A stretch of DNA of 64,000 nt from the human T2T-CHM13v2.0 reference genome, Homo sapiens. The notes below the pieces were generated by a model. The model searched no databases. It was not told the origin of the DNA and worked only from the letters and a program-made list of their open reading frames with translations. A program made the position numbers and the translations under genes. The DNA lies in assembly GCF_009914755.1 (NCBI RefSeq), contig NC_060936.1; one strand, written 5' to 3'. This document shows, one piece after another, positions 52,784 to 64,000 of this stretch (positions are counted from its first letter, which is position 1; each line of letters begins with the position of its first letter).

Positions 52784-53166
52784 AAGACTCCCCCAACTTT
52801 GCATCCCTCCTTGACACTTTATTTTTTAATTTTTAATTTATTGTTATATTTTTTTTTTGGTGGTGGGTGTTTGTCTTTTTACTTTAAGTTCTGGGTTACA
52901 TGTGCAGAATGTGCAGTTTTGTTACACGTGCCCAGGTGGTTTGCTGCAACCATCAACCCGTCACCTACATTAGGTATTTCTCCTAATGTTATCACTCCCC
53001 TAACCCCCCCACCCACCGACAGGCCCAGTGTGTGATGTTCCCCTCCCTGTGTCCATGTGTTCTTGCCTGCTAAGATGACTCTCTTCCTCTGTCCTTGATC
53101 ATATTCCCTGCATCCTGACTATTCTCCACCTCCTCCTCAAGGATTTTGCTTTACCTATTCTCCCTT
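52771..53166 (-). repeat. Left arm of inverted duplication (contains L1PA7/8-type 3' end ~52820-53063)
   Basis: Reverse complement of 55131-55527, including non-L1 flanks on both sides. Confidence 0.95.
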
Positions 53167-54450
53167 AAAATATTATGGGATTTATTTTAAAATCATCTCA
53201 CTTGAATTTTGGGTCTAATTCTGTACATTTAAAACTTCGCTTTCCAGTTTATTTAAATTTTTATTTTCCCCAAGCATAAGCTAGACACATGACACTGTGG
53301 CTATGCTTTGACTACATGGCTCCATGGTATGGGTTCTGACTTACTGTTGGGGCAAAGAATAGAGAAAACAAGACACATGTTTCCTATAGGATTTCCTGCA
53401 GTGAAGTTGCTGTTGAGTCTTTGGATCGTTTGATCCAGCTTGGCCCCCTTGTCCAGGGGCACTGTTAGAATATCCATTGGCCCACACCTGACCCACATGG
53501 AAACAAGCAAGATTCCAACTTTCTCGGACAAATATGGGCTCATTTTCTGAATTACTTGGTATGGAACCTAGAAGAGCAGATTCTGACCCCTATCTCTTGG
53601 CCACATCTCCAGTGTCCTATCTTCTGTCCCATTGGTCCAGATGCAGGTGAGCAAGCTTAGTAGCAAAGTGAAGTGAGTGTCCTACCAGAAAATAAAATGT
53701 TAATCTTTCCTCACTCAAAGCCTTTCTTTATTGGTTTAAGGAAGCCAGGATTTCAACAAACACAATATAGCTCCAGAGCCCCCATGTTCAATGAAAGCAG
53801 TATGTCCTACTTCCAAAGGTAGAAATAGACAATATTTTAGAGCAACCACAAAAGTAAGGATTCTGTCCTCTCGTACTTTATTTAAAATATTCAAATAGAA
53901 CTAGTTATTGTGTGCTGTGCCTTTTTAGACATGATTAAAATTTACTGCTTATTTCTTTCTAAATCTCATTTACAAATTAATTGAAATTGCTTTTTTTAAT
54001 TGACACTTATGTAACACAAATGATGAGAAAAAACTCAAATTGTAGGATATATATTTCATATCATCTAAAGGAAAAATGGAGATGAGAATTCAGGCTGCCA
54101 TTTAAAAATATTAATGCTGCTATTCACATCTTAATAAATTGAGAACCCATTGAAAGCAACATAACATCTTTCATTTCTTTTTAATTTTTCAATTGGTAGT
54201 TACAAAACACTGTATATAACATACATATACTCCATTTGAACTAGGTCATTATCAATTCTGCTGTCTTTTCTTTGTGAATCTTCCCCTGCCTTCCAACAAA
54301 GAATCTCATGAATTTTATGTTTGCAATACACAAACATAAAAATTAGTTTTAGAATATCTGTGTATATATTTGAATACTATATTTTCAAGTTTGATTATTT
54401 TCAAATTTTATAAAACTGCTTTGTATTGCAAGTAGTCTTCTGAGACTTGC

Positions 54451-54769
54451 TTTTCTTTCTGTCTTTTTTTTTCTTTTTTGAGACAGGGTCTTGCTCTATT
54501 GCCCAGGATGGAGTGCAGTGGTACGATCACAGCTTACTGCACCTTGACCTCCTGGCTCAAGCAATCCTCCCACCTCAGCCTCCTGGACTACAGGCACACG
54601 CCACCATGCCTGGATAATTACTTTTATTTTTATTTTTATTTTTATTTTTGCAGAGATGTGGTCTCTCTACATTGTCCAGGCTGGTCTCAAAAGGTCTCGA
54701 ACTCCTGGGCTCAAGCAATCCTCTGGCCTTGGCTTCCCATTATAAGCATGTGCCACTGCACCTGGCCCC
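54451..54769 (-). mobile_element. AluJ-type Alu
   Basis: gagacagggtcttgctct, ctcaagcaatcctccc, aactcctgggctcaagc; expanded (TTTTTA)n linker. Confidence 0.9.
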
Positions 54770-54839
54770 AACTTTTTAAAAATTTCAGTGTGCCAAAATT
54801 TATCTTTTTACAGCTATGAGATGAGAAGAGGCCATTATA

Positions 54840-55700
54840 AATAGCAATTGGAAATTAGGATACTATGGTTAACAGGATGAATAATTTCAGTGGCACAATG
54901 AGAGCAGGAATCAGATGTGCATTAAGACTCAGAAAGGAGTGGGAGTTTAAAAAGTCAAACAGAATGTAGGTTTACCCTTCAAACATCTTATGAAAAATGA
55001 ATGGAGTGAGGTGGGCCAGGAGCTGGAGGAAAAAGGATCAGATGAAAGGTACTTAAGGACTAGGAGGACTTGAACTTGTTTATAGATGGGATTCAAGGAA
55101 TCAGAATGTGAAAGATTGAAAATCTAAAAGAAGGGACAATGGATAGAGCAAAATCCTTCAGGAGGAGGTAGAGAATAGAGTCAGGAGGCAGGGAATGTAA
55201 TCAAGGACAGAGGAGGAGAGCCATCTTAGCAGGCAAGAACACATGGACACAGGGAGGGGAACATCACACACCGGGGCTTGTCGGTGGGTGGGGGGCTAGG
55301 GGAGTGATAACATTAGGAGAAATACCTAATGTAGGTGACGGGTTAATGGGTCCCAGCAAACCACCTGGGCACATGTAACAAAACTGCACATTCTGCACAT
55401 GTAACCCAGAACTTAAAGTAAAAAACAAAACAAAAAACACCAAGAAAGAAAGAAAAAGAAAGAAAGAAAAGAAAGAAAAAGTGTCAAGGAGGGATGGAAA
55501 GTTGGGGGAGTCTTATGGTATTTATTTCCTTATGTAAGCGTAAAGTGAAATCATCTACTGAAAGTGAGGCAGGTAGGAATGGGTTGGACTTAGTGGTGTG
55601 GGAAGGGTGATAAATGACCCGGACAGAATAGGAAGAAAGCTGGTGGTGAATGAAAAGGTTAGAGAGGAAGTTTGAGATCAGTTGCTAATGGCTGTTAGTG
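54840..55700 (-). mobile_element. L2 (L2c-like) relic hosting the right arm of the duplication
   Basis: Purine-rich decayed L2-like sequence on both sides of the L1 fragment (gaaagattgaaaat, gaaatcatctactgaaagtgagg). Confidence 0.55.
55131..55527 (+). repeat. Right arm of inverted duplication (contains 5'-truncated L1PA7/8-type 3' end ~55236-55480 with (GAAA)n tail)
   Basis: agaacacatggacacagggagg...cagaacttaaagta with flanks matching the left arm. Confidence 0.95.
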
Positions 55701-56189
55701 GAAAATCACCGAATATATCTGTTTTGCCTCCATTTTTGTTTACAGGTAAAGTGAACTCAGATACTTATTTTTTCTTCTTGATTACATAAAATAAAAACAT
55801 GATAATTTTTAAAGATTTAAAACAAATCTATTTTTTCCCAGTAGAGCTAAACAGATTTTGCAGCTTAATTATGCTGCAGAGGAGTAATATTTCATCAATA
55901 ATAATTTTCCGTTACCTGCCTCTAAAACTTTTTATTTCAGAAAATTAAAATAATATCTAGATAACATATCTAGATAACTACCTGAAGAAAATTAAACGTT
56001 GAGTGGGATCAATATAATTACAATGATTTCTTATTTTTGTAGCATCTACTATTTGACAACATCTAGTCTCTTATATTCTCTTTAAAAATAATGTCAGATA
56101 TGCAAAAAAGAGGAACTTCAGTCAAGAACTATTTATTGAAAACCTAATAAATGCTCAACTAAATGGGACTGAGAGTGGAAAAACAGGCA

Positions 56190-56400
56190 CATACTAGTGA
56201 TGATAATAATTATGGCAACTTTGAGGCTTAATCTTACTTATTCTTTTTAACTTCATGAAGAAGATACTATTTTTATCCCCATAATACAAATGAGGACACT
56301 GAAGGTTATGGGGGTAAAGGAGTGACTTATCTGAGTTCCTAGAGGTAAAACTAAGAAAAACCCAGACTGCTTTGGTATACTAGAGTCTCAGTGCTTCACC
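56190..56400 (-). mobile_element. MIR relic
   Basis: tactatttttatccccataatacaaatgaggacactgaagg...gtgacttatctgag core. Confidence 0.65.
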
Positions 56401-56709
56401 AGTTTCATATCTTTTCTCTGTATATAGATTTGGGAACTTAAAGGCAGGTGCTTAGCCTGGTGAAATGATGTAGGGGGGTCCCTAAAGTAGCCACTTCATG
56501 TACCTAGAAAGAGTGAACTTTAGTAGGAGAAGAGTGGCAGTGGGGAGGGAGCTGGTTTGAAACTAAGGCATAAATCAAGAAAACATGTCTTGTTTTCCCA
56601 GGGAATAAAATGTGAGGCAGGGAGTATAAGAAAATTAGGCCAATAGAGATCAGATCAGAACTTCAAATGTCATCCTAAGGAGCTTGGACATGTTGTAACT
56701 GAAAGTGAG

Positions 56710-59041
56710 AAAATTAGGCATAAAAAGAAAAAAGAAGTAAAAGGCATCCAAATTGTAAAGGAAAAAAGTAAAGTTATCTGTGTTGTCAGATGACATGAGT
56801 ATTTACATAGAAAACTCTAATGATTTCACACACAATAAAATCTGTTAGAACTAACAAACACAGCAAACTTGCAGGACGTAAAACCAATGTTACAAAAACC
56901 AGATGTGTTGATATACACTAAAAATAAACTTTATGAAAAGGAAACTAGGAAAGCAACTCCATTTGCAACAACACCAAAAAGAATAAAATACTTAGAAATA
57001 AAAGTGGCAAAAGACTTTTACACTAAAATAACAAATCATTTATGAAAGAAACTTAAACAGAAAAAAACTCATGTTCATTAAAGACAATATTGTTAAAATA
57101 TGCAAAGCAATTCTCAGATTAAATGCAATCTTTATCAAAGCAATTCTCAGATTAAATGCAATCTTTATCAAAATCTCAATAACTTTTTTTGCAGAGGTAG
57201 CAAATCCAATCCTAAAATTCATATAAAATCTCAAAGAGCTCTGAATAGCCAAAACAATCTTCAGAAAGAAAAATAAAGCTGGCAGCCTCACATTTCCTGA
57301 CTTAAAAACATATTACAAAGTTATAATATTCAAAACTGTATGGTACTGGCATAAAGCAGACATATAGATCGATGGAACAGAGAGCCCAGAAAAATCCCTT
57401 ACATATATAGTAAATGATCATCAACAAGGGTACCAGGACTACACAATGGGCAAAGGACAGTTTCTTTAATAAATGGTGCTGGGAAAATTGGTTATTCATG
57501 TGCATAGAAATGAAATTGGATCCTTACCTTACATCTTATATGAAAATTAATTCAAAAGAGAACAGTGACCTAAACCTATAGCCTGAAACAATAAAAAATC
57601 TTAGGAAAATACATAGGAAAAAAGTCTCTTGACATTGGCCTTGGCAATGATTTCTGGGATATCACACCAAAGCTCAGGCAACAGAAGTGAAAATAGACAA
57701 ATGGGACTACATCAAACTAAAAAAGTTCTTCTCAGTAAAGGAAAAAATCAACAGAGTGCAAAGGCAACCTATGGAATGGGAGAAAGTATTTGCAAATCAT
57801 ATACCTTATAAGGGATTTATATCCAGAATATAACAAGCTCCTACAAGTTAATGGCAAAATAAAACAAATATCGAATTAGAAAATGGGCAAAGAACTTGCA
57901 TAGACATTTCTCTAAAGAAGTTGTATAACTGGGCAACAAGCATATGAAAGGGTACTCAACATCACTAATCATCAGGAAAATGCAAATCAAAACCACAATG
58001 AGACATCACCTTATATCCTTTAGGATGGCCACTGTCAAAAAAACAAAACAAAACCAGAAAATAACAAGGGTTGGTGAGGATTTGGAGAAATTCAACCCTT
58101 GTGCACTGTTAGTAGAAATGTAAAATGGTGTAGCCACTATGAAAAGCAGTATAGAGGTCTCTCAAAAAATTAAAACTAGAACTAAGGTCATATATCACAT
58201 AACATTTTGGTTAACAACAGAACACATATACTACATTTGTCCCATAAGATTATAATACATTTTTTTACTTTATCTTTTCTGTTTTTAGATATTTTTAGAC
58301 AGACAAGTACTTACCATTGTGTTACAATTGCCTACGGTACTCAGTATAGTAACATGCTGTACCGGCTTGTAGTCTAGGAGCAGTAGGCTTTACCATATAA
58401 CCTAGATGGTAGGCTACACTATCTAAGTTTGTGAAAACACACTCTTATGATGTTCCCACAATGACAAAATCCCCTAATGATGCATTTCTCGGAATGTATA
58501 CCTGTCATTAAGTGATGCTCTACCATATGATCGAGCAATCCCACTTCTGGGTATATGTCCCAGAATTGAAAGCAGGATCTCAAAGAGATTCACTTCAGTA
58601 TTATTCACAATAGCTAAGAGGTGGACACAATCTAAATGCCCATCGATGGATGAATGGCTGAGGAACACACAGTAAATACATTCAATGCAATATGATTCAA
58701 CCTTAAAAAGAAGTAAAACCTGTCCCATGCTACAATATGGATGAAACTTGAGGGCATTATGCAAAGTGAAATAATCCAGTCCCCCCAAAACATATGCTTC
58801 ATGATTCCACTTATATGAGGTATATAATCACTCTTTGAAACCAAAAGTAGAACGGCAGTTTCTTGGGCTGGGGATGAGAGGAAAGGGCAGTTGTTCAGTG
58901 AGTTTCAATTTTGCAAGATGAAAATGTTCTAGAGATCTATTGCACAGGGTGCATATAGTTAGCACGAGTCTATTGTATACTCAAAAATGGTTATGATGGT
59001 AAATTTTATGTTATGCGTTTTTTACTACAATTAAAAAAAAA
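56710..59041 (+). mobile_element. 5'-truncated L1MB2-like LINE, interrupted by Tigger3a
   Basis: ORF2 3' half motifs (cagatgacatga, tggtactggcataaa); 3'UTR ttgcaagatgaaaatgttctagagatct...gtaaattttatgttatg; A tail. Confidence 0.82.
58185..58520 (+). mobile_element. Tigger3a inserted at a TA in L1MB2
   Basis: Host reads agaacTA|element|TAccatatgat; internal cccataagattataatac and ttgtgttacaattgcctac; right TIR eroded. Confidence 0.88.
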
Positions 59042-59850
59042 TCCTGGAGAGGACAACTTAAGCAATAGTTTTGAAGGAAGGAGAGATGTGCCAGCAGAAA
59101 TATTGCCAAAATGGACAACAAGACCTAGTTTCATTTCTCTTCTAAGGGTTCTGTGAGCCACAAGGGGGGCACGAAGACCCAGAGTACAAGCCAAGGAAGA
59201 GTAAAGCTCCAATTCTATTCTTCTTCATGTTCTCCATGTTTGTCTGAGGACGGAATACTAAAAAAATGTGAAAATTTGAGTTGTTATATAGTGCTACATT
59301 TTTAAAGTTTATTAACTTACAATATTATTTTCACTGATAATAATTAAAAATTGTAAAGCAAGTGATCAAAACAGAGTTGTTGAAACTGTTTGCCAAATTT
59401 GAGTTTTCATTGCTTCCTAAAACAAACTAAGACAAAGTGAAATAATCCTGTTCACTTCAAAAACAAGAGATGATTCATATTATCAGCATATAATGGCAAA
59501 ATGATCCTGGGGAGAGTAATCGTATTATGGTAATCTGAGATAAAGAAAATTATAACATTAGAATTAGAAATGGAATATTAAATGTCCAAATTGCTTAATT
59601 TTTACTTCTGGGACAGTTATTTGAACGGAAACTTTAAATTTTGTGTATATTTTTCCTTGATTCTATGGTTTAGAACTTCTGCCTCCAGAAAGGTCTAAAA
59701 TACAAACTTGACCATGTCATATCTCTGCCTAAAAGACTTGTTCTAAATAGTATACAAAACTAAATTCTGAAAAAAGTATAATTTTGATATACTGTAATTA
59801 CACCCTCTATTACTTTGTAGTTCAATCTTTCATTTTGTAGAAAATTGTTA

Positions 59851-60268
59851 TGTGTTAGTCCATTCTTGCATTGCTACAAAGAAGTACCTAAATCTGGGTG
59901 ATTTATAAGGAAAAGAAATTTGATTGGCTCATGGTTCTGTGGACTTTATAGGAAGCATGGTGCTGGCATCTGCTTCTGGTGAAGCATCAGGAAGCTTCCA
60001 ATCATGGCAGAGGTGAAGGGGAGACAGCATGTCACGTGGATGAACCAGAGCAAGAGAAAGAGAAGGGGAAGGTCCCTAACTCCTTTAAACAACCAGTTCT
60101 TTGGTGAACTAAGTGAGCAAGAACTCACTCATCACCAAGGAGATGGTGCTAAGCCATTCATGAGGGATCCGTTCCCATGATGCAAAAACTCCCACCAGGC
60201 TCCACTTCAACACTGGGGATTGCATTTAAACATGAGATTTGGAGGGGACAAATATCCAAACCATATCA
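59851..60268 (-). mobile_element. MSTA solo LTR (ERVL-MaLR)
   Basis: tgtgttagtccattcttgcattgcta...ccaaaccatatca, 418 bp; 5-bp TSD tgtta at 59846-59850 and 60269-60273. Confidence 0.92.
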
Positions 60269-60799
60269 TGTTATTTTATGCAAAACAGTAATTCTCTAAA
60301 GTACTGAGCAGATTTTTAGTTAACATGAACACATAATCGATTAGTTTTTCATAGGATTTTATTGTCATTGGCACTGTTCTAGGCTACTCATACAAGACAG
60401 ACAAGGACTATGCTTTCTGAGGGTCTGTATTCTAGGGGCCTTGGAAAATGGGATAAACAAAATAATAAAATACTAACTAGATAGTGATGTCTTTTTCTTT
60501 TATATTACCAATAAAACGTACATACTTTCACAGGAGACTGCAGTGTATAGTGTCACCAACCATTAGTCCAATGATCTTTCATCCCAGAACACAACTGTGT
60601 CCAGCACAAATTGAGGAGCTTCCCAACCATGTTCCCACTCCTGGCTTATGGATATCTTGGAGCATTGTATACACACAGGATAGTCAGATGTGGGCCATGC
60701 AAAGTGTGAATCTAGCAGTTGAGGCCTGGTGTAGATGGAGTAAGAGTTCTTTAGCTCTAAAAGGATAACAAACTGGAAGAGATTATTCAGATGTTAAAA

Positions 60800-61716
60800 C
60801 AGTGCACCAAATGTAATATGTACAAAACTGAGTTCCTTATTCCCTCCTTTTTTTTTCCTTCTTATGAGTCTTCCTCATCTTACTTAATAGAAATTCTATC
60901 TTTCAGGCCAGAAGCTATAACTTTATCTTGACTCTTCTGTTTATCTTACACTCACCCACATTGGCAAATTCAACCATTTCTGCTTTAAAATAAATCCAGA
61001 CTCTGATCATTTCTTACCACCTCCTATGCTACCATCCTGGTCCAAGTCACTCTCAACTCTTGCTTTGGTTTTATAATGGCCTCTTCACAGGTTTCTCTGC
61101 TTCCATTCTTTTCCTGTGTCTATGTCAATAGAGTAGCCTGAGCCATCTTATTAAAGCATGTCTAGTACATTTTAAAATACAAGGCATATCACTCCTCTGT
61201 TCAAAATGCTGTAATTGCCATTCATCTCACTCAATGAAGGCCAAATTAATTTTGTTAACCTTACAAGGGTTTTCATAATCTCTAATATGATCTTACCCAG
61301 TCACTTCTCTGACTTCTTATCCTATTCACTTTGTTTTCAACACAAATATGCCTCTAATAATAGGTCAAGCAGCCTCCCACCTGGTCCCTTTGCACCAGCT
61401 GTGCCCTTAGGCTAGAATGCTCTTTGCTCAGATATCCACATGTTTTTGCTGCCTCCTTTCCTTCCTGTCTTCACTCGTATGCCACATTTTCAGTGACGCT
61501 TTCCTCAACCAATTGAAAATGTCAGTGCCCATCGCTTTGTGTTTTATATTTTTCTCTTGATGATCATAATTTTCTAGCATGTATATCTTTACTTATTTAC
61601 TTTGTGTATTGTTGGCACTTTTGTCTAGAACCTATGCTCCATAAAAGATGTGCCTTTTCTATTTTGTTTTTCTGTATCACCATTGCCTAGAACATAATAA
61701 ATATTCAATAATTAAT
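60800..61716 (+). mobile_element. L2a 3' fragment
   Basis: accatcctggtccaag, tcactcctctgttcaaaa, ctagaatgctctt, 3' end tgcctagaacataataaatattcaata. Confidence 0.78.
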
Positions 61717-61729
61717 GAAAGTGGTTTTA

Positions 61730-62065
61730 AGAATGAAATCATTTCCTTTGCAGCAACATGGATGCGGCTGGAGGCCATTATCCTAAGCAAATTAAGGAAC
61801 AGAAAACCAAATACCACATGTTCTCACTTACAAGTGGAAGCTAAACATTGGGTATTCATAGACACAAAGATGGCAGTAATAGACACTGGGGACTACTGGG
61901 GTGGGGAGGGAAGGGGGCAAGGGTTGAAAAACTATTGGATCACTACCCGGGTGACAAGATCATTTGTACCTCAAACCTCAGTATCATGCAATATACCCAT
62001 GTACCAAACCTGCACATGTACCCCCTGAATCTAAACTAAAAGTTAAAATTACATATTTAAAAAAG
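61730..62065 (+). mobile_element. L1PA16-like 3' fragment
   Basis: aatagacactggggactact...gtaccccctgaatctaaa; TSD gaaagt[g/t]gtttta at 61717-61729 and 62066-62078. Confidence 0.88.
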
Positions 62066-64000
62066 GAAAGTTGTTTTAGAATAAGCTCTGGTTGTAGTAG
62101 GTGGACAAAAACTCAACTGACTTTTCATGTGTGTAATGTAGCAAAGGAAGAAAAACAAAACAGTTTATTTTCCTTATTAAGCAGACCAAATGATTACTAT
62201 TGTTTAACCACTTGGATGCTGCATAAATCAAATTATGATTTAAAAAAAAAAACAACCAATGCTTAGAAAGAAAGCATTTGTTGCCTTAAATATATGCCCC
62301 TACTCAGCATTTTAAAGTCATGAAATCTTTCCCAACTGCATAAAAATTGAACTGTAATGCCCACAAATTGCTCCTAGTTTCTACTCTTAATCACATTTGA
62401 CCTACTTTACACAGTACTTTTCTAGTTCTTATTGATTTTTCTGTCTCAGGCACACTTTCCACTTAGAACTTCAAATCATACTTGGCTCTGGCATCCAACA
62501 CCAACAATCCTTCTTGGCCTCCGCTGGTCATACCATCAACAATGCCCCAGAATAAATATCTCGCCTCCACAGCCTGCGCCCTGGTGCTGCCTCACAGCAT
62601 GGCCCATGCATGGGGAAACAGTTTAGTATTTGTGCATCCATGTGTCTTGGACCAGGAAATTGAAGGATTCTTTTAAAGCATACCTTAATATATAGATAGA
62701 CTCTGCATTTCTGAAAAATTGAAATTTTGTGCATATTAATAATTAAGGGTTCTGAAAAGGAACCAATATTTTTACCTTTTTACTAACACACACAGAAATA
62801 AAAAGTCAGGTCTGCAAACACAGTTCTGTTGTTTGCTGACCTCATGAAATGTGATGGATATAAGAATTCTGCTGTTCCTGCTCTCTTCTGTTGCCAACCA
62901 GCCTCTTACTGTGCCACATGAGCTTCCTGCCCTGTGCCTGGGCCCCAATTATTTCTCTCTCACTAGGGCTCTGATGTGGAGTTTTCTTAGCCACCAAAAA
63001 ATAAAACTTCAAATGAGGCAATGAAATAATAACCTTGATATGTGGAAACAAATGCATATTTCTAACATTCTTATGAATGAATTTTCAACATGGACAACTT
63101 TATCTTGCTATCAGTAGGCATTGTGCCAGGACTGTGGTTATATATTTAAATACGAGGAAATTTGCTTATAATAATAACAGGTGTTCTAAAGAACAGTGAT
63201 GGTGCCAGGAGAGGAAAAGAAGTATCAGAGAAAAGAACTTCCCAAAGAGAAATACAAATAACATAATTAGGATTTTCTAGACTTTTCATATGCCTTTTTT
63301 AGTACATATCAATATTTTTCTTTCTTTTTGACTTTTATCAATAGAAAGAAATTAAACTGAATTTTTAAAAGGGACCTACCATTTCTAAGAACTATGGAGC
63401 TTTGAGGCTTCTATAGGTATGGTGACATTTGCCACTGAATCTTACATGTGAGCCATTCATAGAATGGCCACATAAATTATCATCGTAACTGATGTACTCT
63501 TGAGAGTGAAATATTGGGAATATCCATATGATTGTCCTGGCCATTTCCCAAGGCCTTTACCAGAAAGAAGCAAGGCAGACTGGTTTACCAAGAACCTTAC
63601 AAAATTATTTGAAAGGCTACACACTCCAATTAGGTTGTAGGCCCTTAAAAAGAGACAGAATTTTAAAATTTATATTCCATAAAACCATTATGAGAAATAG
63701 ATTCATGGCACTACCAATGCCACTTATAGGAAGCTCTATCTCATGTGATTAGATATTTGTAGTGATAAAATATTTTTTCACCTAAATTTGATGCTTACAG
63801 ATGTGTCAGAAGACAGAGGTAAATTTTACATTGAAAAATTCAATCTAGTGATGTTTTCTTTATTCATTTCTTTCTAGTTCATGTAACTAAAATTATATAT
63901 TTTAGGGTGAGTTGCTGGTGCTTCATTTTGGAAATCAGCAGGGTATAAATGATAGGTATGTGTTATTGGGTATCTATGTGGTGTATATACTGGCGTAAAG

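Noticed and set aside
53290-53665. Possible old LTR in the spacer of the inverted repeat
   Set aside because: Too degraded to assign a family or boundaries by eye.

Overview
AT-rich, CpG-poor primate (probably human or ape) genomic DNA with no recognisable protein-coding gene. More than half of the window is transposable elements. L1 content: a nested stack (an L1MA/L1M1-type element hosting a full-length L1PA7 that itself hosts an Alu), a back-to-back pair of L1MA9/MB1-age elements, a near-full-length L1PA6, and L1PA14-like, L1MB2-like and L1PA16-like fragments. Other repeats: ten Alus, THE1A/MSTA/MLT1/LTR33-like LTRs, Tigger3a (x2), Tigger4a, MER5, half a MADE1, and L2/MIR relics. The long ORFs are disrupted L1 ORF1/ORF2 pieces or Alu/simple-repeat artefacts. 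I found no novel protein-coding system. Two structures stand out. (1) A ~400-bp inverted duplication (52771-53166 vs 55131-55527) is joined to its host through a 3x32-bp hairpin-containing tandem array, which looks like a replication template-switch scar and may be an inversion substrate. (2) A ~1.3-kb MER57-type ERV leader (LTR 3' end, tRNA-Leu PBS, leader) is flanked by a 15-bp TSD with a poly(A) remnant, so it appears to have been retroposed by L1 machinery rather than integrase. Subfamily names come from my recollection of consensus sequences and need RepeatMasker/Dfam confirmation. Boundaries of old elements are approximate.
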